NCBI GenBank assembly: GCA_030390025.1
Contig: CM059441.1
Location: 41,788,001 to 41,852,000, forward strand
Source of the DNA: Squalus acanthias
Taxonomy: Eukaryota
Reading direction: 5' to 3'
DNA length: 64,000 nucleotides
Both the position numbers and the translations under genes were made by a program. Below the pieces are notes generated by a model that saw only the letters and a list, made by a program, of their open reading frames with translations, was not told the origin of the DNA and searched no databases. Positions 28,590 through 43,294 of this stretch are shown piece by piece (the first letter of the stretch is position 1; the number at the start of each line of letters is the position of its first letter).

Positions 28590-29060
28590 AAAATTAACAT
28601 TGGGAAGACTAAAGCCATTGTCTTCAGCTCCTACCACAATCTCTGCTCCCTTGCCACCGATTCTATGCCCCTCTCTAGCCACTGTCTCTAGCTGAACCAG
28701 ACTGTACGCAACCTCCAATTTGACCCTAAGTTGAGCTTCCGACCACATATCCTCTCCATCACAAAGACCACCTACTTCCAACTCTAACAAAGCCCATCTC
28801 TCTCCCCCCCCCCCCCCCCCCCCCGCTGACTCAGTTTATATGCCGCTGAAACCCTCCTTCATGCTTTTACGCGACTATTTCAGTGCTCTCCTGGCCGGCC
28901 TTCCATCTTCATAAACTTGAGCTCATCTAAGACTCTGCTTCCTGTATCCTAAGTCGCACCAAATCCCATTCTCGTTAACCTACATTGGCTTCCGATCCAC
29001 GAACATCATGATTTATGAAATTCTCATCCTCGTGTACAAATTTCTACATGGCTTCGCCCC
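28590..29060 (+). mobile_element. L2 fragment containing a poly-C tract
   Basis: aacattgggaagactaaagccattgtcttc...ctgagcttccgaccacatatc similarity to other L2 copies. Confidence 0.7.
28803..28824. repeat. Poly-C tract (~21 nt)
   Basis: Direct read. Confidence 0.9.
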
Positions 29061-30821
29061 TCCCTAACATCTCGTGATGGCGTGAGCATGAGGTGCGGGG
29101 AAGAGGAGAGGGGACGGGGAATGAGGAGGGGTGGGGAACTGGGGACAGGCTTAGAGGGCGAGGACTGGGGAGCAGGCGGGCGGAGGTGGGGAGAGGTGAG
29201 GGGAATGGTGGTGGTGCGTGAAGTGAAGTGAAGGCAGAAGGAAGGGGAGAGAAGGAGGGGAAGGGGAGGGAAATGACAAGCAGGACTTTGCCTCAGCAAG
29301 TGGAGGGGAGTTCCAGGCAACTAATTTTGCTTCCAAGCGGGGTAGGTCGTACGAGTCATGATGTGACTTTTTTTTACTCCGTGGGAGGGTGGAGTGTTGA
29401 TGCTATTTGTGTCAGTTGTGAGAGTTGTTGCGGGGGCGGGGGGGGGGGGTAAGGGGTGGAGTTGTATCATACTGAGAACTTTGCTTCAAGGGGGGAGAGG
29501 GGCAGCATCCAAGTATTTCCTGGGGATGGGAGGGGATCATTTGGTTCATTGCCTGATTTTTGACTTCTTGAATTCACCTTTGTGGTTGAGTAATTTTTCT
29601 GCTTGCCAATCACGTGGTGGGGAATCTGCAATCTCTTAAATGACTTAAGAGCCATAAATTAGTTTTAAACGTAATGTTTTTGGTTACTCGCCTGTTCTAT
29701 TTTGCATTTAGGAGGGCTATCTTTCTGTAGTCCGTACTTGGCTGCAGGTGCCTTTCAGTTCTTTCTTTGAGGTCTAGCATTTTGTAGTTTCTTTTTTAAG
29801 GCGGTCTGTTTCTAATGCACATTTTACAATTTTTTTTCTCCTTTAATGGTTCCAAAGATGAATTACTAATTTTTCCTTTAGGTGGCCCTGTCACTTAACA
29901 TTGACATGAGTCTCAGCACCACCTACAGGTGGAATACCTTTGGAATGTTGTGACCACATGGTGTTTATATTTATAAATATTTTTTATGAAACATTCTTAA
30001 ATGAGAGACATTTTTACATAGTTAACTTGAGGAAAAAAATGTATAATTTTTTTTCAAATTTCCCAGTCATCCCTCAGCACTGACCTGCTTCACTTTGAGA
30101 AGCATAACATTTAATGGTGCACATTTTGAGGTTGCTGCCCTTGTGACCATCTTTGCTGCATTTCTGAGGCTAAATGCAGAAACAAAACATGTCTTTAACC
30201 AGCTTTGACTTCTAACACTTCCTGCTGTATTTTCCATGTGAATGCCACCGGATAATGCCAGTTTGTGTATATCCTAGCATATTTGTCATGCACTTTGCAT
30301 GCATAACAGTAACAGAAGTTTTGAAGATATTTGTACTAGCTAGTAAGAGTAAGCTATCTAACTGTGGAAGCTACTATATCTTTTTTTAAACTCCTTCAAT
30401 GTTTAATACTTTTTTCCACATCAACTACCTATTTGTAGAGTGTGCTCATGATGGTGTATTCCATCCACTCTAGTGCTGTCTTTGCAGTCACTGTTGTTTC
30501 AGCATTTGGTGTGGTATTGCCAACGAGCATAGTTTTTCAACCATGCTTCCCCCATCTCTGAACCAGTGAGTGGATAACATATTAATGGTTTAGAAATTTG
30601 TGGTTGGGAACATATGTGTACACACAGGAGAATGCTAAGTAGAGCAATAAAATATGCTCATTTGACATTGTATCTAGTGATGCTGTTTCTCAGGTATTGT
30701 GCAGTTAAATGTAAAAGTTTCTGAACAGAGAATTTGGCAGTGTCAGTGTATGCATTCAAAAGAGCACTAAAATAGACTGTCAAGGTGCACACTGTGCATC
30801 AGTGGTTTCCAACATGTGTGT

Positions 30822-31255
30822 CAGCTGTAGCTCAGTTGGTAACACCCTCACCTCTGAGTCAGAAGGTTGTGGGTTCAAGTCCCACTCCAGAGACTTGAGC
30901 ACAAAAATCTAGGCTGACACTCCAGTGCAGTACTGAGGGAGTGCTGCACTATTGGAGGTGCCATCTTTCAGATGAGACGTTAAACTGAGATGGATGTAAA
31001 AGATCCTATTTCGAAGAAGAGCAGGTGAGTTATCCCTGGTGTCCTGGCCAATATTTATCCCTCAATCAACATCACTAAAACAGATTATCTAGTCAACATC
31101 ACATTGCTGTTTGTAGGAGCTTGCTGTGCTCAAATTGGCTGCCGCGTTTCCTACATTACAACAGTGACTACACTTCATAAAGTACTTCATTGGCTGTAAA
31201 GTGCTTTGGGACGTCTGGTGGTCGTGAAAAGCGCTATAGAAATTTAAGTCTCTAT
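30822..31255 (+). mobile_element. DeuSINE (SacSINE1-like), near full length
   Basis: High similarity to 9168-9618, with A/B boxes and tail. Confidence 0.85.
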
Positions 31256-33169
31256 TTTTACATTCCACTGTTTTTAGAACTGTATGACTGACCCCTCTAC
31301 CAAAACTTGGCATCATTTACTTTATTACTAGTAAGTGTTGTGCACCCTTGACTCCCGTTTAAATACCAGTGTGTCTTTCACAGAGTGCACTCGACATTGT
31401 GTACCAGCCTAAGAATAGACTAATTAGCTCTTGTACTTGTGAGTTTGAGTTATATCGCTCGCAGGTAAAGATATTGGTAGCGGTTGTACTGCAGTAGCTA
31501 TGTGATGCCATTCGTGAAGTCACCACATCCAGGGGAGCCCCATTGTTGGGATAGTTTTTGAAAACACCAGGAAATACTAACTCTGCCTATTACACTGGTA
31601 TGGCACAAAAGAAAGTGGCACAAAAGATGAAAACAAGGTCCGCTTTAAAAACAACTTTTATTTTGTAACATTTAATGAATTAGTGTGCAATATGTGGCAC
31701 GTTATAAGTTTGGGACTTTGGACATTTAGGTTTGAGTATCTGTATACATACCAGCCCAAAACCTACTTGGGTTACTGTTGAGGAAATTCATGTTGGAGCT
31801 GAAGATTGGAATTACCAGTGCCAACATTTTCTCAGGAAAGCGGATAGATTTGAGATGGATAGGGAGTTCACGTTTCACTGTCATAAACTAGTTTGCTCAT
31901 CTGAGTAATCATGGGCCATTCGTGCATTTATATGTTGAAGATCCTCTTTTTAGGTTTTGGTCAGACTTCTAAGCCTGGACTTTTGTTTGGCTGAATCACG
32001 GCTTTTAAAGCTGTTTTCTCCGGTAACAAAAAGCCAGTGTTTCTAAATGGGATCTTGCCTCCAAACTGGGCAGCAGGAAATAAAAGTTTAAGTGAAAAAG
32101 TGTTTCCTCTCATTAGCATAGGGATGTTCGGGCCACTTGTAGCATTGCTACTTGTACCCCAGCTGAGATCAGTTGACTCGGCACAGACAGGGAATTGAAA
32201 ATGGGACCTTCTGGCCTCTTGAACTTGATCATTACCAATTGAGTTAAAGAAGAAGCTAAATTGTATTGTTTTTAGTTGTGTCTTAAGCTGCTTGGTTCCA
32301 TAGCATTAAGTAATGTTATTACTGCAATATTGATGCGTAATCAATATCATTGTGTTTGAGCTTAAAACTTAGAAAGCCACCTAGCTTGTGGAAATTGTGG
32401 ACCTGCTGGAGGTCTAATGGTTAAAGTTTTGTTCTTCAGTTTTTACAGTTTTTCAGTGGCTGTGCACGTGAATGCAGCTATTGGTGCACTTCAATCCATA
32501 ATACTTGCAAGATATCACACTAGGATTAATGATTGTGCTGCTGTTTCTTCTAGGCTCATTGAGAAAATGAGAGTTCATTACTTGAAAATTCTGATCCAGA
32601 GTGTTTTTTTTAATTAAAAAGGCAGGCATGAAATGCTGAGCTTTAATTCTGGTCCCATTGTTTTGTATCTTTCTCCAAAGATCACTTTTACCATCTATAT
32701 TTCTGTGTCTATGAAATGAATTGCATAGTAACCTAGTGCCTGAAAGTGAGATAAGGTATGTTTATTGTACTTGGCGCTTTCATTTCTGGGAAGTTAGGCC
32801 CTAGTAAGTGGGTGTGGATATTGCAACAGACTTGTTTTTGTCCCAGTTGAATGCGAGAAAGCTGGCGTGTGCGTAAAGCAACAGGTGACTACAATTATTG
32901 GCATCAGCCTATCTGCTGTGAAGTGTGATAACATTAACTGCAGTACATTACAGTTAATAGTAAATGTTTCCAAATAATGTGCTATTGTAAATTGTTACAG
33001 TTAAATGAAACAAATGTAAGAAATTAAGGCAATATTTTGAAAGTTCCTTCACTATTACTCTCTCTCTTTCCCCCCCCTCCCCCCTCCCCCATCACCCCAT
33101 TAAATACATTTCTTGCACATGCCATTCCAACTAAGGTAGGCAAGTGACTAGCATTTTCCACCATAGCCG

Positions 33170-34290
33170 TTGATTTGCGCAATCAAACCCTTACCTCCAT
33201 CCTTGATGCCTTTGTAACCAGCAAAACCTTCACTGGCTCCCATCCCCATGGCATCTTTGTTCCCTCAAGTCCAAGAGGTGCAAACTTGAGTACTTTGTGC
33301 ACAATTTGCTTAGCCATCCATAGTCAGATGTGGCTGGACCACATCAAGCTGTACTAAAACTATCCACTACTGCAGGATCATCGTGGAGGGCAAAGATAAC
33401 TACAGGCTCCTTTTCGCCACGACCAACCGTCTCTTTAAACTCCTCTCCCATGCTCCTTTCACACTCACTTCTAACAACAAGTGCGAGGAGCTCAAGGAAT
33501 TATTGTCACAAAAGTAGACCCATTCAGTTTCCTCTGCTAATTCCCTTCCCCTCCTACCTCCCTACTAAGTCAAACCTGCCTGCACCCTTCCTTAGCTACA
33601 TGCTAGTCCTTGATGACATCATCCACAAACATGGGATCAGCTTTCACATGCATGCTGATGATACTTGGCTCTACCTCTTTGCTACCTCTTGACCCCACCA
33701 CTGCTTTTATGCTGTCAGACCTCTTGTCCAACATATACTCTTAGATGAGTCGTAATTTTCTCCAAATTAACATTGGAAAGACCGAAGCTATCGTCTTTGG
33801 CCTCCACGATAAATGTTGCTCTTTCACCAACAACTCTCTTCCCCTCCCAATCCATACCTTGAGATAAACCGGACTGTTTGCAACTGTGGCATTCTATTGA
33901 CTCTGAGCTAAGCTTCTGACCCAGTATCCTTTCCATTTGAAAGACTACCTACTTTCAGTTCCATGACATCGCCTGTATCTGCCTTCATCTCAGCCTATCT
34001 GCTGCTGAAACCCTCGTACATGGCTTTACCACCTCTATACTTTATTATTCTTATGCTCTCCTGGCTAGTCTCCTATCCTTCACGCTGTGTAACCGTCCTC
34101 TCATCCAAAACTCTGCTGCTCGTATTCTATCGTACCAAGTCCCACGCTCACCTATCACTGCTGTCCTCACTGACTTCCATTGGCTCCTGGTCCCCTAGCG
34201 CCTCAAATTTAACATTCTCATGCTTTTGTTTAAATGCATACATGGCCATGCCCCTCTCTAACTCTGTAACCTCCTTCAGCCCTACAACCT
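33170..34290 (+). mobile_element. L2 fragment
   Basis: ORF piece DIIHKHGISFHMHADDTWLYL (YADD-like RT motif), followed by the L2 C-terminal region. Confidence 0.8.
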
Positions 34291-34297
34291 GCCCCTG

Positions 34298-35810
34298 CCT
34301 TGAGTGTTGTTGGAGCTGCACTCATCCAGGCAAGTGGAGTGTATTCCACCACACTCCTGACTTATGCTTTGTAGGTGATGGAAAGGCTTTGGGGAGTCAC
34401 TCGCCACAAAATACCCAGCCTCTGACCTCTTGTAGCCACAGTATTTATGTGGCTGGTCCAGTTAAGTTTCTGGTCAATGGTGACTCAAAGGATGTTGATG
34501 GTGGGGGATTCGACAATGGTACTGTCATTGAATGTCAAAGGGAGGTGGTTAGACTCTCTTACTGGAGATGGCCATTGCCTGGCACTTATATAGCGTGAAT
34601 ATTACTTGCCACTAATCAGCCCAAGCCTGGATGTTATCCAAGTCTTTCTGCATGCGGGTACAGACTGCTTCATTAACTTAGGAGTTGAGAATGGAACTGA
34701 ACACTGCAATCATCAACAAACGTCCAACTTCTGACCTTTTATGATGGAAGGAAGGTCATTGTTGAAGATGGCTGGGCTTCAGACACTGCCCCGAGGAACT
34801 CCTGCAGTGTTGTCCTCGGGCTAGCCTCCAAAAACCACCACCATCTTCCTTTGCTAGTATGACTCCAGCCAGTGTAGAGTTTTCCCCCTGATCCCCATTG
34901 ACTGCAGTTTTAATAGCGCTCCTTGGTGCCATATTCTGTCAAATGTTTCCTTGATATCAAGGGCGGTCACTCTCCCCTCACCGGAATTCAGCTCTTTTGT
35001 TCATGTTTAGACCAAGGCTTAATGAGGTCTGGAGCTGAGTGGTCCTGGCGGAACCCAAACTGAGCATCGGCAAGCAGGTTATTGGTGAACACGTGCCTCT
35101 TGATAGCACTGTTGATGACCATCACTTCGCTGATGATTGAGAGTAGGCTGATGGGGATTGGCCGGATTGTATTTGTCCTTTTTGAGGTTTTTCCCCTCGT
35201 GTTGGTTCTCTTGCCACCTGCCGCAGGCCCAGTCTAGCAGCTATGTCCTTCAGGACTCGGTCAGCAGTGGTGCCACCGAGCCACTCTTGGTGATGGACAT
35301 TGAAGTCCCCCATCCAGAGTAAATTCTATGCTCTTGATACCCTCAGTGCTTCATCCAAGTGGTGTTCAACATGGAGGAGTACTGATTCATCAGCGGAAGG
35401 AGGGTGATAGGTGTTAATCAACAGTAGGTTTCTGTGCCCATGTTTGACCTGATGCCATGAGACTTGCTCTGGGGCCTGGAGTCAATGTTGAGGACTCTCA
35501 GGACCACTCCCTCCCAACTGTGTACTACTGTGCCGCCACCTCTGGTAGGTTTGTCCTGCCGGTGGGACAGGGCATACCCAGGGATGGTAATGGAGGAATC
35601 TGGGACATTGCCTAATAAGTTTGATTCTGTGAGTATGACTATGTCAAGCTGCTGCGTGACTAGTCTGTGGGATAGCTCTCCCAGTTTTGGCAAAAGTCCC
35701 CAGATGTTCGTGAGGAGGACTTTACAGGGTCGACTGGGCTGGGTGTGCCATTGTTGTGTCCGAATCCGATGCCTAGGTTGAAGCCAAGTGGTCCGTCCGG
35801 TTATATTCTT
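34298..35810 (-). mobile_element. LINE family A fragment with APE endonuclease remnants
   Basis: ORF pieces KLGELSHRLVTQQLDIVILTES...IPGY...RQDKPTRGGG and MGDFNVHHQEWLG. RT region homologous to 25607-26905, with an internal deletion. Confidence 0.85.
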
Positions 35811-35819
35811 AAAAAGGTG

Positions 35820-36030
35820 TACATATAAGATTCCGTGCCACTATTTGAAGAAGAGCAGGAGAGCTCTCCTGGTGTCCTCTACATCATTTATCACTTGCCC
35901 AATATTAAACATAATCTGGTCATTTCTCATTGCTGTTTGTTGGACCTTGTGCACAAATTACTTCAATGACTGTGAAATGCTTTGGAATGCCCTGAGCATG
36001 CGATAGCTGCTATATAAATGCAAGTTTATT
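35820..36030 (+). mobile_element. Partial DeuSINE 3' half
   Basis: cactatttgaagaagagcaggagagctctcctggtgtcct...gctatataaatgcaag. Confidence 0.7.
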
Positions 36031-36565
36031 TTTCTGGTATTTAGTTTCCTAGTCATTTTTTCTTTTCACTGCAGTTCAGCTTTAAATGCCATAATTTTTT
36101 TAAAGTGCTGCTGCTCTGCAGTTCTGTCTGCTCAAGTGTAAAGGAAGTTTCCAACTGGTTACTCTAACAGCTGCTCGTTCAGTTGGTGTGTGCTCAACTC
36201 ACTAGTGCTGTTTAAAATTGAAGTGGCAGAGAGAGGAGCTGATGGTACGCACAGCTGTTGAACAACCACCTGGAAACTCCCTTCATTCTTGGGTGGACTG
36301 AGAGGCAGGACAGTGGACTGGCAGTTTAAAGCCTGTTGCTGAATTGAATGAAGAGGCAGTGAATAGAGAAACTGGTAGCCAATAGGGTGAAAATCAGAGG
36401 GTCTGTTGTAGGATGTTGACATTATGACAAATTACTTTGCCTGGTTATCAAGCATAACATGGTGTTGCATTGCACAGCAACAGTCTGCAGACTGAATAGT
36501 AGTTCATCAATAAACTTCACTTTGTGTGTGGGGTGGGGGGGGGGGGAGATTTCTGCATCATGTAG

Positions 36566-36826
<261 letters not shown>

Positions 36827-37740
36827 TAGACTTGCATGTTTAAAAACTGAAAGCTGGGTATTTTTTTCCAAGCATCCCTATTCTGCACTTACAATCAATT
36901 AAAAAGGCAGCTTTCAGCTGCTGAGTTTTTAACTTGCTCCTCATTATCTTCAATATACTCTTATCTGGCTATTTCTCTCTCTCTTCCTACACCAACCACA
37001 AGTGTAAACTGCATCGGTTGCAGTTTTGGAAACGGAATTGTTACATATAGGTGTAGTCTGAACTGCTTGATGGCTAACCAGATGCATGTTTAAACAATGT
37101 GGGAAGGGATACCAGATGTAGACGTAACTGGCAAACTCTTTTCCTTTCCCCTGAGAAGCTTTGGTGTGAATGTCAGACTGAAATTCAGCCTTGGGTGTTC
37201 CAGTTGGGAGAATTTCTAGCATTGCACCTGCTGAGCTCTCGGCTTTTAAACGTCTGGTGCATCCCTGCAGTTGGTAAAAGTGGTTAACCAGTTATCTAAC
37301 TTTCATGTTTGTGAGTAGTGGTATATAGCTTAATGGAGCTTGTTCTCCTCTGAGTAGTTCTGGTCAGCCATAATGTTAATCCCAATTCACATTAATTCCA
37401 TGCTGTTCTGATTCTTGTATAGACTGCACTGTGAAGTAACTATTGTAGTGTCTGTTGCCTGCAAAATCCACCTACTCTCCAATGTAATCTTTACACAGCA
37501 AGAGAAGAAAGTCTCTTTTCAATCAATGTCACACAGCTGCAGGCGTACTGTCTGCTCCCTCCCAGCTATTCCGTAAGAAGCTTTGTACAGCCTCCTGTTT
37601 CCCTGTTTTAGGATTTTCCTCCTGTTTCCCTGTTTCAGAGTTTTCAAATTATTTGTATGTTGCTCTCGATAAGGGATGACTTAGTTGCCAGATAGTTTGT
37701 TGGCCAACTGCAGTGCCAAAAACACATTTTAATTACTTCA

Positions 37741-37990
37741 ACAAAAGCAAAATACTGCGGATGCTGGAAATCTGAAATAAAAACAGAAAATACTGGAAAT
37801 GCTCAGCAGGTCCGGCAGCATCTGTGGGAAGAGAAACAGAGTTAACGTTTCAGGTTGATGATCTTTTATCAGGATTGAAACTTTCACCATGAAAGGTCAT
37901 CGACTTGAAACGCTAACTTTGTTTCTCTCTCCACAGATGCTGCCTGACCTGACCTGAGTATTTCCAGCATTTTCTGTTTTAATTTTAAAT
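37741..37990. mobile_element. Palindromic PLE-derived element (two inverted 3'-tail copies with degenerate hammerheads)
   Basis: Left arm 37781-37867 is the imperfect reverse complement of right arm 37889-37980. Both arms are homologous to the PLE terminus at 45358-45455. Confidence 0.85.
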
Positions 37991-38850
37991 ACTTCAGATT
38001 GTATAATCTGAATTTGGTTAACAGTCTCTTCTTTCTTTCTTTCCCCTGCCTTAAAATAAAAAAATTTTGAGGGCAAGTAATAGAAATTTGGAATTGACAT
38101 TACCTTTAACAAAATATATTAAATGTTGGAAGGCACCTAATGTTGCTGTTAGTTCTATATGAACTGTGACCAGTTGCTATGCATGAAGGAATCTGTACAG
38201 TCGGCACCAATGTAACTGCAATAGTATTGAGAATTGAGGCTTAGTTAATCTTCTTGCACAAAGGGAATATTTAATAGTGTAATGTTATTCTTGCCAAAAT
38301 TCCTTTATAAACCTATCAAAAATAAGATGCTCTAATTAAACAAATAATTTGCTGAGAAAGATTCCCCCCCTCCCTCCCGTGGTATAGGGCTATTTAATCC
38401 TGTTAATTTGAAACTCCGTAGAGTTGCCATAACCATCTTTTACATTTTAAAGAAATAGATTAATTATATTTGGAATTAAAAACCTAATCCTAGTTATTCT
38501 ATTCTGAAGATTGACTTCCACATCACTTACGTGATGTTCTAAAATGGAGTCAGAAAAATAATCTGGCCATTGGCAAGTTAAAAGTATGGGCTGAAGAAAT
38601 CTAGTGTTCAGCTTTTTTTTTTGTGCAGTTGCTAGTAGTTGTGGTCTGTGCAGTTTTTATGTAAGTTTTTCAGTGTTGGAAAACAAACTATTATTGGATC
38701 AACATAACTGGCCATATTCTCTGTACAATCCAAAGTACACACAATTAATAGATTGTATGTTTCTATTTCAGTGTTGCTGTGCTGTCATAAACTTTCACAA
38801 TAGCTTGTGAGTGTGTTTTTGTTTGGAGAGTCATTTCTTTTCCTATTTAG

Positions 38851-39000
<150 letters not shown>

Positions 39001-39367
39001 TAATTGAAAATGAATATATTAATTAGATTTTCCGATTCCAGTTCTTCATATAAACCCCTTGTATATTTTTTTTAGCCATGAGGGCTGCCAGTCCCACTTC
39101 CTTCAGCCTGTAGCTCTGATCATCTGATCACAAAGCGCATTTGAGCAACACCAGGAATTATCACCCTGGTATTCTTTCTCTTCTTTGCTCTTCTCCACAA
39201 CAGACTTAAGTATTTTTTGTTGATAACAAACCTGACCATATACAAGACTGGTACTTTTTGAGTGTTATGGACCTTAGAGCCTAAAATCTTTGACCTGGGT
39301 TTGCAGTAAACAGTTTCACCAAGCCCACCAGATTCACTTAGGCACCTGTTTTTAACCACTTGTAAAT

Positions 39368-40243
39368 ATAGAAACATAGAAGATAGGAGCAGGAGTAGGC
39401 CATTCGGCCCCTCGAGCCTGCTCTGCCATTTAATGAGATCATGGCTGATCATCCAAATTCAGTACCCTGTCCCTGCTTTCTCCCCATATCCCTTGATCCC
39501 TTTAGCCTTAAGAAATATATCTATCATCTCCTTGAATATATTTAATGAATTGACCTCAACTGCCTTCTGTGGTAGAGAATTCCACAGGTTCACCACTCTC
39601 TGGGTGAAGAAATCCCTCCTCATCTCTGTCCTAAATGGCTTACCCCTTATCCTTTAGACTGTGACCCCTGGTTCTGGACTCCCCCGCCATCGGGAACATC
39701 CTTCCTGCATCTAGTCTGTCTAGTCCTGTTAGAATTTTATAAGTTTCAATGAGATCCCCCCTCATTCTTCTAAACTCTAGCGAATATAAGCCCAATCGAC
39801 CCAATCTCTCTTCATACGTCATTCCTGCCATCCCAGGTATCAGTCTGGTGAATCTTCACTGCACTCCCTCCATGGCAAGAACATCCTTCCTCAGATAAGG
39901 CGACCAAAACTGCACACAATACTCAAGGTGTGGTCTCACCAAGGCCCTGTACAACTGCAGCAAGACATCCTTGCTCCTGTACTCGAATCCTCTCGCTATG
40001 AAGGCCAACATACCATTTGCCTTCTTAACCGCCTGCTGCACCTGCTTGATTACCTTCAGCGACTGGTGCACAAGGACACCCAGATCTCGTTGCACTTCCC
40101 CTTCTCCCAATCTATTGCCGTTCAGATAATAATCTGCCTTCCTGTTTTTGCCACCAAAGTGGATAACCTCGCATTTATCCACATTATACTGCATCTGCCA
40201 TGCATCTGCCCAATCACCCAACCTGTCCAAATCATACTGGAGC
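39368..40243 (-). mobile_element. Young CR1 LINE 3' fragment
   Basis: ORFs 39856..40230 and 39640..39831 are in the same frame, split by one stop: WQMQYNVDKCEVIHFG...LYRALVRPHLEYCVQFWSPY...YEERLGRLGLYSLE. Confidence 0.92.
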
Positions 40244-43005
40244 TGAAATGGTGCTGTTTCATCAGGATCTTTAAAAATTGATATTGTGCAGTTAGCAGAA
40301 ATTTAATATATGTTGGTCAAGTCTGGATCATTCAGTCTTGTACATCTGGAAAGCATTGTTTTGTTTGTCAGGTCTACATAGTTGACTAAATAGTTCTTTA
40401 GTTCTTATAGAGAACTGTTAGCTTTGTTCTATAATGTGATATACAGATGCTTTATTATCTAATTTGTATAAAAGTGATGGCGTTTTGTAGTTCAGACAGA
40501 AATGTGTGAACTAATCCTTCTGAATAGTTTCTTATGTGGCTTTTTAGTCCCATTTATGAAAAATCCGCACAAAGCTCCCAGGTGGGTTAGCGGATAAATG
40601 CAGTCCTTGGTTTTGCATTGAAATAAAGACTTGGTTTAATCTGTAGTTTGTGCTAACTTAACTGATCTCTGATGGAGTGGCAGTGGGATTGCAAAAGTTG
40701 GTCCCATGGTTAAAGATGCAGCAAGTGATATTTTGTCATGAAGGGTATCACCGCCAAGTCTGACACCCACATATGCAAATTTTCCTCACGGGGGTGGGGG
40801 TGTGGAGGAGGGGGGGGGGACAGAGAGAGCACAGGATAGCACTCAGCAGCTGGAATGACTTCATTCCCCTCCCCTAGCAATGAGCTTAAGATCAGTGACT
40901 CCACAAAGACTAGGAATTAAATTCAGATCTTTCTGGATTTTATTGCTGAGTTCCACATTGGACAAAGCAGCTCACAGATACAATCTTAATGCAATGTTAA
41001 AGCATATGGGCACAGAAATTCTGAGGGAGTTAGTTGATGAATGGCAGGGCAGAACTTCCACCCATCCACCTTGGAGGACCCTGACCAAATTGGAAATCCC
41101 AGGGTCAGACAACTTAACATATCTCTGGTGGGTGCCAGACAGTTTTCAGCGCAGCTAGTGCACCTACCTGGGAGGAATCTTGCTGTGATACTTTGCCACA
41201 GCAACAGTAGGCTATGGTGAGACTCGTTTTTTAAAAATCCAAAATATGGCTCCTCTGTGTAGGGAATGCGATCAATCATTCTGCGATCAATTGCATTGCA
41301 AAACTGGCCTGGGAATTCCGGAATTTCCCCCTTCTCTTTCTCCACCCAGCACATGGCCTCAGCAATGCTGTGGGTTAGTCATAGATATTCCTGACATCCA
41401 GTGCTACTAAAGGCATAAATGAGGGAAGTACATTGTATGATCCCCTCAGTAGATATTGCACCCTACCCCCAACCCCTTTCGTTTTTCTCCATGTTCATTT
41501 TGATCTGTTGAATTAGGCTCCTCCGTTAATTCTGGAGCTGGTGTGTTAGAATGGATTCTGCTAAATTATGGAGTTTTTAATCAAAGAATGAAACCAGATC
41601 CGATGTATTTTATGTTGTTGTCTTAAGTAGTTGGACTCAGATTGGTTATACCAGTGATTGAAACAACCTATGCCAACTTTGATAGGACATAGTAGACTGC
41701 TTTTAACTGCAGTTTCAATGAATCTTCCAAGAATTTCTTGAATTTAACTACTTGGATTTTGATACGAAGTATTATTAAGCATATAATACCATTATTTGCA
41801 ATTCTACTTTCAGATAAATTCTGTATTGGGAATTAAGATTCTATAACTTGTTTCAACGTTAGAACTTGATGGCTCTTCATCAGAATATTTTTTCTGCTGC
41901 ACTTTGCCCTCCTCTCCTGAAGGCAGTGACTTATGCTGGTGTATCATTCCATATTATTTGTCCCCCAGTGCCTTGTCCAAGTGGCCATTCTCTATGCGCA
42001 AGTCTAGAAAGTGAGTGTTGGAAGACTGCTTAATGACGAGCCTGATCATTTCCTCATCCAGTACTCAAAGGGGAACTTTCCAGTCTCCAGAGATCAGGAG
42101 AGGGAACTCTGGTTTATAATTTTCCTGTCTTCCCTTCTCTTTCCCTTCCCCCCGCCGCCCCCCCGCCATCATTGCTCAGCAGTACTGAGACCAATTGTAT
42201 TGCTCCAACTGTAACCACAACTAGAATTTGGTACAGACTAGGAATCTAACCCAGAATCCTCTAGCTATACGGCTGTTGCATCCCGTATTTACAAACTTAA
42301 CCATTGGGGGAGCTTTGAGTTTTTTTTAAAGAATGTTTATGGAATGAGGACATATCTAAGAAACCTGTATTAGTTTAATGATGTTGTTTGGCCATGTATA
42401 GCTTTACTTTGCAGACTGATGGGTTTGCTGGCTTCACCGGTTAATAAGTGGCTCGTGCGTAACAAGATTAGTTACTACGCAAGGCATAACTGAGTACTTA
42501 ATCCGCAAGTGTATTAATCAGTAGAGGATTATTATTGTATGTTGTACTTCTCAAGCCCTGCTGATGAAAGGTTCTATATTACCAGTTTCTGGAGAAAACA
42601 GTTAATCTTCACCCATGTTACATAAAAAGGACTTGAAGAATGAGAAGTGCTCAAAGCAGTGATGATTGCCGAAATTTGCTAAATGCATACATTCATCTCT
42701 TAAACATTCTGATGGTACAGCACACTAGTTTTTCATTGGTTGATAGAACCTGCAGTGAGAGGGACTCGCCCAACCCCTGCCCGGTTTTCATTTTCCAGTT
42801 CATCCTCAGAAAACCTAGCTGCAACATGTAAACTGTACACTTGTCACGTAAGATGGTACTCAAACTTGGGTCTCATTTGAGATTCCAGTGTTATAGCTAC
42901 CTTAAAAACAAGTTCAGTATTTAGGAGTTCAGTATCTTAAAACAGTTAATAACAAACCCAGTATCACATTGTGCCTCTTTACTGATGTGCATTTATATTG
43001 CTTAA

Positions 43006-43209
<204 letters not shown>

Positions 43210-43294
43210 TAAGCTTTTTAAAATACATAAATAAAAATTATTTGTGCGACAAAGCTCTTTGGAACTAGGTTTGGAAATTGTACTGTTGGACCTT

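Noticed and set aside
29080-29460. G-rich stretch as a regulatory G-quadruplex or CpG island
   Set aside because: It appears largely derived from repeat debris and homopolymer runs, and nothing beyond composition supports a function.
33963-34598. 211-aa ORF
   Set aside because: Off-frame read-through across the junction of an L2 fragment and an antisense LINE fragment, with no recognisable domain.
42561-42600. CTGATGAAAGG...GAAAAC as a sense-strand hammerhead
   Set aside because: Stem II is not followed directly by GAAA, and there is no convincing stem I or cleavage triplet.
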